Assembly (NCBI GenBank): GCA_000934665.2
Contig: KZ538135.1
Location: 62,001 to 124,424, forward strand
Direction: 5' to 3'
Origin: Catajapyx aquilonaris
Taxonomy: Eukaryota
DNA: 62,424 nucleotides
In this document: piece by piece, positions 51,801 through 61,139 of the stretch
Layout of the letters: each line of letters opens with the position of its first letter
How positions within the stretch are numbered: the stretch's first letter is position 1
Notes under the pieces: model-generated
Databases searched by the model: none
What the model was told of the DNA's origin: nothing
The model's input: only the letters and a program-made list of their open reading frames with translations
Position numbers and translations under genes: made by a program

Positions 51801-54800
51801 TATTTATATATCTAATATGCTAATAAGAAATTATAACAAAAATCACTAAAATTAGCTGCTACCCCAAAATAAGTATTACGAAATTCGCTTGAAATTCCTG
51901 TCAATTCGCAACTAATAATCGGCCAAAACTTGTGCAGTTAGTTCCCTGGCACTATTGTTGCTTCAAATAAAAACAATGTCCTATATCCGTCTCCTGGCAT
52001 CCAACCAACCAGGGCGCCAAGTGACATTTGCCAATCTGCAACATCATATTTTTTTTGCAATTCGCAAAAAGAAAATATTCCGACGTGGCGAGTAATTCCG
52101 GCTCCAATTTTCGCAGACAACGTCAGCTGATGGTCCGACTTTTGTCACCAGCTGGTGCCTACCTCTCTATAGACGAATGTCAAACCCCTCCTGGCATAAT
52201 AGGCGTGTGCTCTATTTTCAGACCCAACCAGCTGAGAGATATGCAGCTGCTATTTGGCATAGAGTCTGGCGGTGCCAAATATGCTTTTGCGAAAAAATAA
52301 AGTGTTGATTAGTTTAGACGTGAAAATAGACCGGACCTTACAGTTGCCGCGTATTTTCCGCTGCGTCGTGCGGTCGAGAATAAACGGGGATGTTTACAGG
52401 AAGCGGTCGTTCGGTGAACTGTTATATTTTTCTTCAAAGTTGAGTGTAACACTTTTCCTTAAGCTTATATATTGAAAAGCAGTTGGATTCAGCCATATTG
52501 TGTGTTATCATATGCAAAAAAAAAACCACTCAATATATCGTACAGTATATTTTACCCAAGCAATCAGTAATCCCCCCCCCCCCCCNCCCCCCCCATTCAT
52601 TCATTTTTGATTTATGCAACTTATATACTGTATTTATTTATCCTCGAAGTCCCTAATCGGTACATAACAGGGTAAATAAAATAAAAAATACCGTATTTAT
52701 TTTCATATTTATTTACTTTCCTTGTTCCTCTTTCTACTACGGTAGTTATTAATAAGTTCGTTAATTATTGGCTTGTCAAATTATTAAATTAAAATGTTTA
52801 TTTATATTTATTCACTTCTCTACTTATTTATTTTGATTAATTTGCATGTTGATTTCACTGTCTTATTTTATTTATTATTTATTATGTATATATTATGTAT
52901 TATTAAATAAAAAATTATATGTAAACGAATAAAATAAAACCGACACACTATAGACTATACATTGAAAATTAAATATGGGGAATTTACTAAATAAAATTAT
53001 TTTATTTAGTTCATTATCCATATTTAATTTTCAATGTATAGTATGTCGGTTTTATTCTATTCGTTTACATAATATAAATTCATTTACTTTCCCTTATTTA
53101 TTATTTTGCTAAGTTATTTATTTATTCACTTACTCCTGTGCTTATTTAATTTGTATCGATTAATTGATATATTTCTATATTTATCTCACTTACAGTTAGT
53201 TTATTTATTGATCAATTTAACTATCGTATTTAATTTTGTGTCTATTTTATATGCTAATTTAATTAATTAATTAATCACGGTTTACTGGTTGCTGTGGTAA
53301 ACAATAATATATTATTCATATCTTGACACGTGGACGTGGCCAGTGTACTAATAGGCTATACATTAAAAAAAAGGAACGTTCGACAACAAATTAGTCCGAA
53401 AAATACAATATTTTTATCACGAATAATTTGCATAATTATATAATTCGTCATACAAAATTTTCCATTTGCGATTTTTTTGAATTTTAAAAGATTACATATC
53501 GCACTTTACGAACGAGCCTTTTAAACATTTTACGGCCAAACTTTTACGACTATTGCTTCCGAGTCTGCATCATTACCGAAGGTGTACAATAGCACAATAT
53601 TTCAATAGTCGTCCTATTCAAGCTGAACATTCTCCTCGATATGCACTCTAAATAATTTTTGCAACAATAAAATATTTTACGACCATTTCACGCCAAAATG
53701 ACCTGTGACATCTTAACTGATAGTATCATTGTTGAACATGCAGTCAATAGACCGGGTCCATTTTGCCCCATTCACACGATACTGAACCAGGGTCACTTTC
53801 CGAAGTGGTCCCAGTTTAGATCCGGCCCACTTCCCATGTAAATACTCACTGGAATCCGGGTCCGGACAGAAGCAGCTCCAGACTCTTGGTGACCAACGCG
53901 CTGACCCCTATGTCCTCGAATGACCTCAGGTTGGGCAGCGATGGTCCTCTTTCCATCGTTTCCTCTTGGTCCAACCCATACCCAGACTGACTCGATGTAA
54001 AACCTACACAAAAATAACAACACTATTAATTTATTTTTTTCTCCAAGCCTAACAAGCCCTAATTGGCAATTAAGCATGTGACGCACACACATAAATCAGG
54101 AGTTAATATCTGATTGACATTTACAGTATAATTTTATAAGAACCGGGCCTAATTTTGGAAACAGAAATCTAATTTTCTGAGGTAAAAAAAAAAGTCGTGG
54201 TATTTTCATTTCCGATAGCTCCGGATTATCCGACTTGTTGAATAGCGTGTTACTGATTGGCCTTCGGAGATACTAGACAGAGGGGGATCCAATCTATATC
54301 GAGGCCTTTTATAGTTTGCTATCGTAGAGGTACTTGAGCACTAACGTATGCAAGCAAATAGCGAACAACTGGCTCGTCCTTGTAGCAGCAACACAAATTA
54401 TCGTTGAAAATATTTGACCATAAATCAACACATTGATAGTATCGATATTGCACAATATTTTGTGTTGAGCCAATCATTATCTTGGTCTCTAGATGTCTGC
54501 GTCAACAATACGCCGGAAAGTGTGGCCGGAAGTTATTATCCGAATCAATCAGCACGGATAAGCATATTGCCATCCGATTCTAACGAACGCTTAACAGTTC
54601 ATCAGCAATAATTAACATTTCTCAGTGTAACTTTCATCATTTTATTGCATTAATCTAATGCTAATTAAATCATTTTAAAATTTTATGTTCATCAGTCAAC
54701 TTGCATATTATTTTATTTAGTCAATTTTACTACGATATGCTGAGATGCGAGTTATACAGAAAATAATATATTATATAAATAAACAAGTATGTGCTTACGT

Positions 54801-55938
54801 TAATAAATAACTATCAAGTTGATTTCATTTTATACAGAAATAGCTGTCAAATAATATTCTTTCACTACTATTAAAATCTTGTTCTTTCAATAACAGGGTC
54901 TATTATGAAAATTTTGGCCAATAAAAACGAGTAAAATATGATTACATGAATAACTAATAAAAATACGATTGCACTAATAACTAATAAAAATACGATTGCA
55001 CTAATAACGAATGAAATATTATTACATGAATAACTAATTCAATGCGATTACATGAATATCTAATTTACATTATTTCGTACGTAACTATTAAATATTATTT
55101 CGTAAATAACTATTAAATATTATTTCGTAAATAACTATTAAATATTATTTCGTAAATAACTATTAAATATTATTTCGTAAATAACTATTAGATATTATTT
55201 CGTAAATAACTCTTAAATATTATTTCGTAAATAACTCTTAAATATTATTTCGTAAATAACTATTAAATATTATTTTATAAATAACTATTAATATTCGAAT
55301 GAATGAAACTGCAAGAAATTGACTTAAATATAGTTATTTAATATGCAGTACTTGCACTTTTATTTTATATTCAAAACTCGCAACTTAGGGCCAGTTGCAC
55401 CGGCCTCAGTATAACTTAGAACCTCGGGTATAGCAAGAATTGCCGTAGCAATCATTGTTGGTCAACAATGATTGCTATGGCAATTCTTGTTATACCCGAG
55501 GTTCTAAGTTATACTGAGGCCGGTGCAACTGGCCCTTGAACGTAATTTACTGAAACCGTCTGCAACTTTCGCCCACACACTTTCGGTAAAATGCTTTGCA
55601 AGAAAACAGTTGGAAATACGTGCCCCCATGAAGAACAGTTGGAATGGAAATAATAATATAGGTCATAGAGGACAATTGAAAATACGTGTCATTTGCTCTA
55701 CTCTGTCTAACCAAAAGTTGAGTCAGTTTTCTTTTTGTTCAACCAAGTATAGCGACGTCAAATTGGACAACAATGTGCAGATCTGCGCATTGTTGTCCAA
55801 TTTGACGTCGTCGGTATACAACAAGCAGCAGTGTTGCTAACAGATGTTGACCCAGCAGCCATACTCACCCAGCAGTTTCCTCCCGTAAACTCCATAATCC
55901 GAGTGCGACCTGCCCCTGTGTCTGACCACGTTCAGCAT
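11641..55938 (-). CDS. GRAM domain-containing membrane protein (GRAMD2B/GRAMD3-like), predicted long isoform of 589 aa
   Basis: Joining 55938-55869, 54003-53850, 42891-42775, 42295-42200, 22251-22009, 16133-15970, 15909-15806, 15746-15291, 13251-12976 and 11730-11641 gives 1770 nt, open, all GT-AG. The core (11641-16133) is secure. Upstream linkage is inferred from splice sites and phase only. Confidence 0.7.
12153..12488. mobile_element. Foldback MITE, 336 bp, 7-bp TSD (P-superfamily-like, tentative)
   Basis: Arms of ~155 bp starting CAGGGAGCAT; ATTAGGT on both sides. Confidence 0.88.
12976..13251 (-). CDS. GRAM gene exon: transmembrane helix plus luminal coiled segment
   Basis: Hydrophobic run LLLFSTVLLILLFLSASVLLMRI; ttacag acceptor, gtcagt donor. 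Confidence 0.9.
13691..13839. mobile_element. Palindromic MITE-like element
   Basis: CAAGGAGAAACACCC...GGGTGTTTCTCCTTG and an inner AGTAAGGGTGAAAGTCG pair; no TSD seen. Confidence 0.7.
14873..15177. repeat. Purine-rich tandem repeat built on GGTTA/GGTAA, ~37-bp higher-order unit
   Basis: GGGGAGGTTAGGTAAAAATATAAGGTAAGAAAAAGCAA repeated. Confidence 0.85.
15291..15746 (-). CDS. GRAM gene exon: C-terminal half of the GRAM/PH-like domain and acidic linker
   Basis: ITKEKTAKIIPNAVGV...HVFGSLLSRDSTHKLM. The donor may instead be at 15345 (AAT|gtgagg, same phase). Confidence 0.9.
15806..15909 (-). CDS. GRAM domain exon (YYSCALVGDILLQGYLYITENHFAFYSNVFGYITK)
   Basis: Canonical GRAM signature SCAL..DILLQG.LY.....F.S..FG; phase 1-0. 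Confidence 0.95.
15970..16133 (-). CDS. GRAM gene exon (SKSRQKKFHRHFKQLPPNETVLD)
   Basis: FH..FK.LP..E pre-GRAM motif; ttccag acceptor, gtaagt donor; phase 2-1. Confidence 0.92.
16813..17156 (-). CDS. GRAM gene alternative first (or cassette) exon with Ser-Pro repeats
   Basis: Open from ATG 17156 to GAA AG|gtacat; phase 2 matches the acceptor at 16133. Confidence 0.7.
20505..20820. repeat. Degenerate GATAACAATTTC minisatellite
   Basis: Recurrent motif. Confidence 0.65.
22009..22251 (-). CDS. GRAM gene internal exon (SSAGSLLGSAPTSP...HHHHLHH...FNKGD)
   Basis: ttccag acceptor, AG|gtaata donor, 243 nt symmetric phase 2, GC-rich. Confidence 0.8.
22285..22990. repeat. About 5 diverged tandem units of 130-155 bp starting CAGGGTCAAA
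   Basis: Units start at about 22286, 22431, 22561, 22717 and 22861. Confidence 0.85.
23209..24115 (+). mobile_element. Mariner DNA transposon, internally deleted, 907 bp (irritans-like subfamily, tentative)
   Basis: Perfect 28-bp TIRs CGAGGGTCGTCCAATAAGTTCTGAGCCT with TA on both sides; transposase fragments inside. Confidence 0.95.
23388..24050 (+). pseudogene. Mariner transposase pseudogene
   Basis: RAVIKFF...APSYATVKRW...DDDPRSGRP HTH, ARWVTRDLT linker and TQDETW first catalytic Asp. Frameshifts at ~23650 and ~23845. Deletion of most of the DD34D domain after YSPET. No ATG at the expected start. Confidence 0.9.
24345..25045. repeat. Three diverged tandem units of ~240 bp rich in ATCGAT
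   Basis: TGTCATCAA...GATATATCGATACTT at about 24348, 24584 and 24840. Confidence 0.8.
25760..25983 (-). mobile_element. tRNA-derived SINE, family A, copy 2
   Basis: B-box GGTTCGAATCC; 19-bp TSD with 2 mismatches (25741-25759, 25984-26002). Confidence 0.88.
26775..26877. other. Assembly gap (103 N)
   Basis: N run with a poly-G tract shortly before and poly-C immediately after. Confidence 1.
29163..29250. repeat. 28-bp tandem repeat x3
   Basis: AATTAAATTGGTTAGAATAAAATAAGTT. Confidence 0.9.
31990..32830. repeat. Minisatellite of ~30-33 bp with alternating variants
   Basis: GTCACCAATTGAGTGAATAGGTTACTGAAAAAT alternating with ...GTTCCACTCAAAAATG. Confidence 0.9.
32978..33063 (-). CDS. Candidate alternative first exon (MCVNAAVQADMLCFVQGFNRDDVKKLQKR), or internal 38-nt exon 33015-32978
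   Basis: Strong GAG|gtgagt donor in phase 2. Upstream: TCAGT Inr-like site (~33095), CCAAT (33234) and TGACGTCA (33256). Confidence 0.55.
33530..34170. repeat. Degenerate tandem repeat rich in AAGTCC/GGGACT, interrupted by a MITE
   Basis: GCAAGTCCAGACTACTCTGGGGTAAA recurs several times. Confidence 0.75.
34002..34123. mobile_element. piggyBac-like MITE with CTAA target duplication
   Basis: TIR CCTCCTGAGAC.CCT.GTACA; CTAA at 33998-34001 and 34124-34127. Confidence 0.75.
38434..38630. mobile_element. CACTA/EnSpm-like MITE with GAGTG subterminal repeats
   Basis: CTCTCTAAAAAAATCCGAGTG ... CACTCGATTTTTTTAAAGAGTG, imperfect TIRs. Confidence 0.55.
39508..40200. repeat. 21-bp minisatellite (~33 units) with higher-order variant pattern
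   Basis: Core GTAGCTTCC(G/A)CAGC followed by TAATTGT, TCACTGCAA or CCATGGAA variants. Confidence 0.95.
42200..42295 (-). CDS. GRAM gene internal exon (PAIPILIEDPPSSDDNDDDSGSHPNYIGRLD)
   Basis: ttgttccacag acceptor, gtgagt donor, 96 nt symmetric phase 2. Confidence 0.72.
42554..42692. mobile_element. MITE with perfect 19-bp TIRs
   Basis: TGTCCAGGGTGAGTCATCA ... TGATGACTCACCCTGGACA; no TSD seen. Confidence 0.7.
42775..42891 (-). CDS. GRAM gene internal exon (CSRGESQSAPNLYGESQKGWTSKKPSRHQSDLSMARSR)
   Basis: ttacag acceptor, gtaagt donor, 117 nt symmetric, open in phase 2. Confidence 0.68.
43255..43782. mobile_element. Tc1/mariner non-autonomous element with an internal hairpin (43403-43465)
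   Basis: CAGGGTGTTCCAACAAGA ... TCTTGTTGAAACCCCCTG|TA. Confidence 0.6.
45675..45895. repeat. 37-bp tandem repeat, ~6 copies
   Basis: AATAGTCAAAATAATAGTATAACAGTTAAAATAATAG. Confidence 0.9.
45981..46187. mobile_element. Tc1/mariner foldback MITE
   Basis: TA|CAGGGTGGTCC ... GGACCACCCTG|TA; arms of ~95 bp. Confidence 0.88.
47020..47630. repeat. ~30-bp minisatellite
   Basis: AATAGCAGTTATTATACTCAATTCTACTC variants. Confidence 0.85.
47708..47819. mobile_element. PIF/Harbinger (Tourist-like) MITE, copy 1
   Basis: GGG(C/T)GGAATTT TIRs, 3-bp TAT duplication; same family as 61430-61538 in opposite orientation. Confidence 0.8.
48008..48342. mobile_element. Foldback MITE
   Basis: TAGTGTGAATTTTC ... 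GAAAATTCACACTA with arms of ~140 bp. Confidence 0.8.
48487..48760. mobile_element. Tc1-like foldback MITE carrying two CRE palindromes
   Basis: TA|CAGTGTTGGACATTAAT ... ATTAATGCCCAGCACTG|TA; TGACGTCA at 48595 and 48649. Confidence 0.8.
48773..49086 (+). mobile_element. Non-autonomous Helitron with (CTGT)n microsatellite
   Basis: A|TCTAT 5' end, (CTGT)n near the 5' end, GC-rich subterminal hairpin, CTAG|T 3' end, no TSD. Confidence 0.8.
51310..51700. repeat. AT-rich tandem repeats (ATGATACAATGATTATATATAAT)
   Basis: Visible tandem units. Confidence 0.8.
52914..53073. repeat. AT-rich foldback palindrome
   Basis: ATGTAAACGAATA...TATTCGTTTACAT and CTATACATTGAAAATTAAATATGG pair. Confidence 0.8.
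53850..54003 (-). CDS. GRAM gene exon (FTSSQSGYGLDQEETMERGPSLPNLRSFEDIGVSALVTKSLELLLSGPGF)
   Basis: ttttgtgtag acceptor, gtgagt donor; phase 1-2. The frame differs from the ORF-track frame. Confidence 0.7.
55068..55292. repeat. 25-bp tandem repeat, ~9 copies
   Basis: TAACTATTAAATATTATTTCGTAAA. Confidence 0.92.
55388..55535. mobile_element. Near-perfect palindromic Harbinger-like MITE, 148 bp
   Basis: GGGCCAGTTGCACC termini, TTA/TTG flanks, only 3 non-Watson-Crick pairs. Confidence 0.88.
55753..55810. repeat. 58-bp palindrome with one mismatch
   Basis: CGACGTCAAATTGGACAACAATGTGCAGA|TCTGCGCATTGTTGTCCAATTTGACGTCG. Confidence 0.9.
55869..55938 (-). CDS. Candidate first coding exon (MLNVVRHRGRSHSDYGVYGRKLL)
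   Basis: G|gtgagt donor, phase 1, matching 54003. CCAAT boxes at ~56229 and ~56301 upstream. Confidence 0.6.
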
Positions 55939-57917
55939 GTCCCCCTGCCCTCTCCTAGCAACCCTCCAGAGTCTGAAGCAACCGCACTATTATAGAGGTC
56001 AGAGGAAGGCGCTCATTCGCGAACGGCAATCATCCACCGACTGTTTCCTGCTCCGACCGTCGACTCACTCTAACTAATCTCGTCCTGTGCTACTAGCCCC
56101 CCACCACCAACCCAACTCTCTTATTTTTTTCTATCTTTAAAAATACACTTCGGCTACGAGGTCGGGCACATTCGGCGTCCCTTATGCGTGTACCGGCCCA
56201 TGTGGCTCATTTCCGGTCCAGTTTCCGGCCAATAGGGACATGTAATCGATAGTATCGTCATGACCCAGGTCTGATGAGGTCGACCTATTCTTAGATTCAG
56301 CCAATCAGCGGTTGAGCATCAGGTGTGCTTAATTATCAGACGGGTCGTATGTCGGTTATACGTCACGTTACGTTACGCAATGAACTGTCGGCACGCATGG
56401 CGGGCATGCTTTTAGAGCTGTATGTTTATAAAAATGCGACGGAAAACCTGTGTATAACGGAAATGTTGTTGTTATATGCAACAAATATTTATATAACGAA
56501 CCACTCAGCCCCTTATTTTAAGCAGTCATTTTTGCATGGGCATTAAAAGTATTATAGTTGCTAATATTAGGTTGTGTAGTTATAAATTTTAAAGCCCACG
56601 TGAAATGGCTCTTCATGATCATGGGACCAATACCAATCTGAAATTATTTATTACAATAATTTATAACTTGGATAAATTTCAGCCTAATGTTAGCTAATAA
56701 TAATATGAAACTATAAATGGAAAATAACCTTCAATATAAACTAATATTTCCTACAACTAGTAATATAGACTAATTCAACTACTACTAGTAAACTAATAAA
56801 CTAATATGATCTTAAACTAATTAAACTACACGTAGGAAAAGTTTACTAGTTGTAATTTTATCAGTTAATAGGTTAATATTAGTTTATTAGTTATTAGGTT
56901 AATATTAGTTTATTAGTTAATAGGTTAATATTAGTTTATTAGCTATATTAAATTAGCTCTAATATATTAGTTCTATTAGCTATAATATATTAGTTCTATT
57001 AGCTGTAATATATTAGTTTATTACTTGCAGTTTTATTAGTTTCATATTATATTAGTTTATTAGAACTAGTCAACTAATAAAACTACAACTAGTAAGCTAA
57101 TAGACTGTTATTACCTAATAAACTAATAAGCCTGCAATATGAACTAATATTAATAATCACAAATATTAACCAACATGAACTACTAATACCAACGAACGTA
57201 ACTAATGTTATCAACTAATTTCGATAACTACTAACAAAAAGTCACTGCTTAAAATAAGCAGCTGGATGCCACAAAATCGCAAACAGTTCTTTTGAAACGT
57301 CTCGCAAGACATACTGTAATAGTTAATAATTATAATAATTAAAAAAAATGAATGCGTTAATATTCTATTGAAAGTTATGCTGCATCCACACGAAAACTTC
57401 GCATCCCTTTTCAAATTGCAGCCGACAGCCAATCAAGGACTGGCATTTTGTCGGTCCGTTCATCTGATACGACCACCAAATTAAAATCGGCTTTTTGATG
57501 TGCACCCGATCTATTATCGGGCTGCTCTTTCGGCTAAATTAATTGGCCCCCTCTATCAATCGGCAGCTATGACGTTGATTGCAGCTCTCTCTATGAATTC
57601 TCCCCCCACCCACTTAAAAAGTGGTAGTGATGGAGAAATACTCGGAAAATAATCCGAGAGCAGCTAGCAGATCATTGGTTCCAAGTGCCGCCCACCGCTC
57701 GAAGGGATTTCGCCAAAATAAACTGTTTCCTTTCCCACTTCAAAAGTGGGCGGAATGCTTATGGCAAAACCCACGCTAGGTTTTCGCGACAATTGAAAGT
57801 GTTATATGGCTAATTTCATTCTGACCTCAGCAGCTTTCGCAACTGAACCTTTGCATATGACCTTTAATAGTATCAGGAATTTACACCCCGAAAAGGGCAT
57901 TCCTGACCTTATGGCCG

Positions 57918-57918
<1 letters not shown>

Positions 57919-57976
<58 letters not shown>

Positions 57977-57990
57977 CATTATTATTATTA
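57919..57990. repeat. (TTA)n microsatellite
   Basis: About 24 units, 7 nt from a splice donor. Confidence 0.95.
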
Positions 57991-57998
57991 CGACCTAC

Positions 57999-58168
57999 CT
58001 TCAAGACCATGCGTGAAGGACATGCGATGACCTGGCCCTGATCGGCTTCCTGGCCTTGACCTGGGGGTCACGATGCTGACCGCACACAACAACCAACTGC
58101 TCCTCAGTGGTCAACGGCTGGCAGCCATTCTCGATGTCCTCTACCTTCAGCTCGGGCGACGACGGGCT
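57999..58168 (-). CDS. Upstream exon; main frame could start at ATG 58023 (MSFTHGLE-G); a second frame is open almost throughout
   Basis: atcag acceptor, AAG|gtaggt donor; GC-rich island in AT-rich flanks. Confidence 0.5.
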
Positions 58169-58269
58169 CTGATGATAACAACAATGATAATAATTATGTT
58201 CCATCATCAATAATACTGTCTGACACCCCGGAAGCCATCAATCCATCAAAAAAAAAGAAGGTATATTAC

Positions 58270-58386
58270 CTTCCAGTGATGATCCTGATGGTGGTGACAG
58301 GGCTCCATCTGGCGGAGGCTCCTCTGAGACTCCTTCAACTCCTTGGCACACATCAGGCCCATCGTAGCCAACAATCAGCCGCATTC
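58270..58386 (-). CDS. Upstream exon with two ATG-initiated open frames (ATG 58384 and ATG 58362)
   Basis: tatag acceptor, AAG|gtaata donor; 101-nt intron to 58168. Confidence 0.5.
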
Positions 58387-58403
58387 CTATAATTATAACA
58401 ACA

Positions 58404-58572
58404 ACAATAATAATCACCACACTAATACAACTAATAAAACACTACAATAATAATCACCACACTAATATAACTAATAAAACACTACAATAATAATCACCAC
58501 ACTAATATAACTAATAAAACACTACAATAATAATCACCACACTAACATAATATAACTAATAAAACACTACAA
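58404..58572. repeat. 40-bp tandem repeat x4
   Basis: ACAATAATAATCACCACACTAATATAACTAATAAAACACT. Confidence 0.9.
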
Positions 58573-59386
58573 TGAATTATAACTAAAATATTACGTAACA
58601 TTATTTATAGCCTATTATAACTGTTAGTGAATAGCAGCGAATATACTTTGATAACCGCTTAAAATAACGGTTGGCAAATAGCTGCTTATTACGTGCCTCA
58701 AAAATCGCTAAATCACATTATTGGCGCACATGAAGAGGTAGTTCGTAGTGTGGCCGAGAGGTGGCAGGAGAGACCGGCCTGCCACCTCTTACGGCTTTTT
58801 GCAAAAGTATAATAGTGAAGAATATTATTATAGTGTAAAAATTTCGCCAAAATAGTGTTACGTATAGGTAGATCGATAGACTATTTTTTGGTTTTTTTTG
58901 ATTGATAGCCACCACCCCCGCCTTCTTCAAAAAAAAAAAGTTACAAAAAAATTCGCATACACATTTTTGATTAGGGTGGTGCGCCCTTATCAAGTGCCCA
59001 GTAATTATCGCGGGCTTAATTGAAGGCTTGTTAAGAGTCGTGGGGAGAGGCGTGGACGTGGTTTTAAAAATGGAATCCTTAATAAGCCTCCTCCCATTGG
59101 TCATTTCAATTTTTTATAGAAATAAAAATCGTTACCTGACCTTGAGAAACCAATAATAAAAATGGGGTGTGCATATACTGGTAGAGCTGAAACAACTAAG
59201 GCCATAATTTGTACCCCCAAAAAATTACCGAAGCAATATTATTATTATCAATTAATTTCATTGAATAATTCATATAATGAATCCTGATTTAATTTTTATT
59301 TAATACGCATAATAACGTATTTTGTTTAAAATAATTTAATTAATTGATATTAAAATTAATCTTATTTTATACATAATTTTTAAATT

Positions 59387-59645
59387 ACCGACGCAGGTTG
59401 GTGTAGGCTGTAGGGGATAAGGAGTCGGCCTGCTAATTTGGAGGTCCTGGGTTCTAATCCCGGGGCAGGCGACCCTGACAATGATTTTCTGTGGTTTTCC
59501 ATGGTCCCCCCAGGACAATTCCGGGGTCGTTTCCGTAAAAATAGGCCGCTGCCGCTCCCTTCCTATCCATATCCCTGGTCCCATCCAATGGTGGTAATCC
59601 ACCCCCCTAAGGGAGCCAATGGCTCTAGCACGGGGTATGATAAAT
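59387..59645 (+). mobile_element. tRNA-derived SINE, family A, copy 3
   Basis: Same head and body as the other copies; perfect 14-bp TSD ATAATTTTTAAATT (59373-59386, 59646-59659). Confidence 0.88.
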
Positions 59646-59720
59646 ATAATTTTTAAATTAAATTAAATTAAATATCTTCAGATATTATATTATTAATTTA
59701 CTTTAATTAAGTTAAATAAA

Positions 59721-59868
59721 ATAATATTAAGCATGCAACATGCCAAATTAATATTAAATGCATTTAAATTAAACGTAATTAAAATTAATAAGCAACAGAA
59801 TCAAAATATCGTACGATTAATTTAAATGCATTTATTATTAATTTGGCATGTTGCATGCTTAATATTAT
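59721..59868. repeat. AT-rich inverted repeat
   Basis: ATAATATTAAGCATGCAACATGCCAAATTAAT and its reverse complement. Confidence 0.85.
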
Positions 59869-61139
59869 CGCGTTTAACTTATTTTTTCCGTCCTAATGGG
59901 TAACCCCCATGAGGCCATAAATTATTATTATTACTAGGCCTATTGTCATTTAACTTAATTTAATTAAATTACTAATTTAAAAATCCTCAGAAATCGCGTG
60001 TCATTTTAATACTCGTTTCATACTAGTTAACTCTGGATTATTGACTGCAATTAAATACTGTATTATGCGCTTAGGTCATTACCATCACTAACAATGATAA
60101 TGACCACTAATTTTATTAATTAATAACTTGTTTTACAGTGAAAAGTCCACATGTCGCTCGCTCTAGCAAGTGACAATCGAGACATAATTACACCAATTAA
60201 TCAAATCCAACAATTTCTTCTGACATTAACCTTAACTATCGCCACATTAAGCCATCAATTACGACTCATCAATCGACCCTTCTTAATTGACCTGCTAAAG
60301 CACTAATTAGTCCTACATTATTGCTCGGATCGTCGCTCCCTTGAAAGAATAAGGGACGTTCTTCAAAAGGTCAAGAGGTCACCCGTACCAAGCACCGATG
60401 ACCGGGGGTGGTGGTGGTGTTATAAATAAACTTCCATCAGTAGCTTCACAAGTGGCCCATTCAGACGAACTATTTTTCATACCCAAATCGGGCCACTCTA
60501 TTCTGACTATTTTCCGGTGGCCTTATTCGGGTCATGACTTGTAGTCAGAATTAGGGTAATTAAATGTTTAAAAAACTTGGAAAGGCGTGTCTTATCATCA
60601 GGGCCAATCAAAGGGTGTGTATGATCGCGTGAGAGCAAAATTATTGGGCACGAATAAAGTGTGGCGCCATAGTTCGCAACATAGTTTTTTAAATAGATGT
60701 TTTAACAGGAATATTGTCCGGTTAATAGTTTCCCGAAAATATTCAGGTCAAAATTGGCACCACTGGTAATATCCACAACTTGTACTTATAATAAACCTCC
60801 AATAAAATTTGGGCCAGAATCGGCAACCCTCCGTATGTCCAGAACTTATCTGGACAATTTTTTGGACCAAAAATGGCGGAACAGTAAACCTTTATTCCGG
60901 TGATAAAAAGTTTTACGGTCAAGTTTTACGGTCAAATTGTCCGGATCCGGTTTTCGTGAAACTTGCGCAAGACTAGGCATAGGACGTGACCTATATGTGC
61001 CTAAGACACGACCTGAGTAGGCCTAGGTCATGACCCAAAAATACTAGTTAATTATTGTAAACAATGGTAATGCACCGAGTTTTTCTTTCCATATTGTCGT
61101 AATTACACAAATGTCCGGTTTATTCAAAACGATCGGTTA

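Noticed and set aside
52163..52231. 69-nt open exon-like segment with GAG|gtaggc donor
   Set aside because: Phase 0-0, incompatible with the flanking phase-2 exons.
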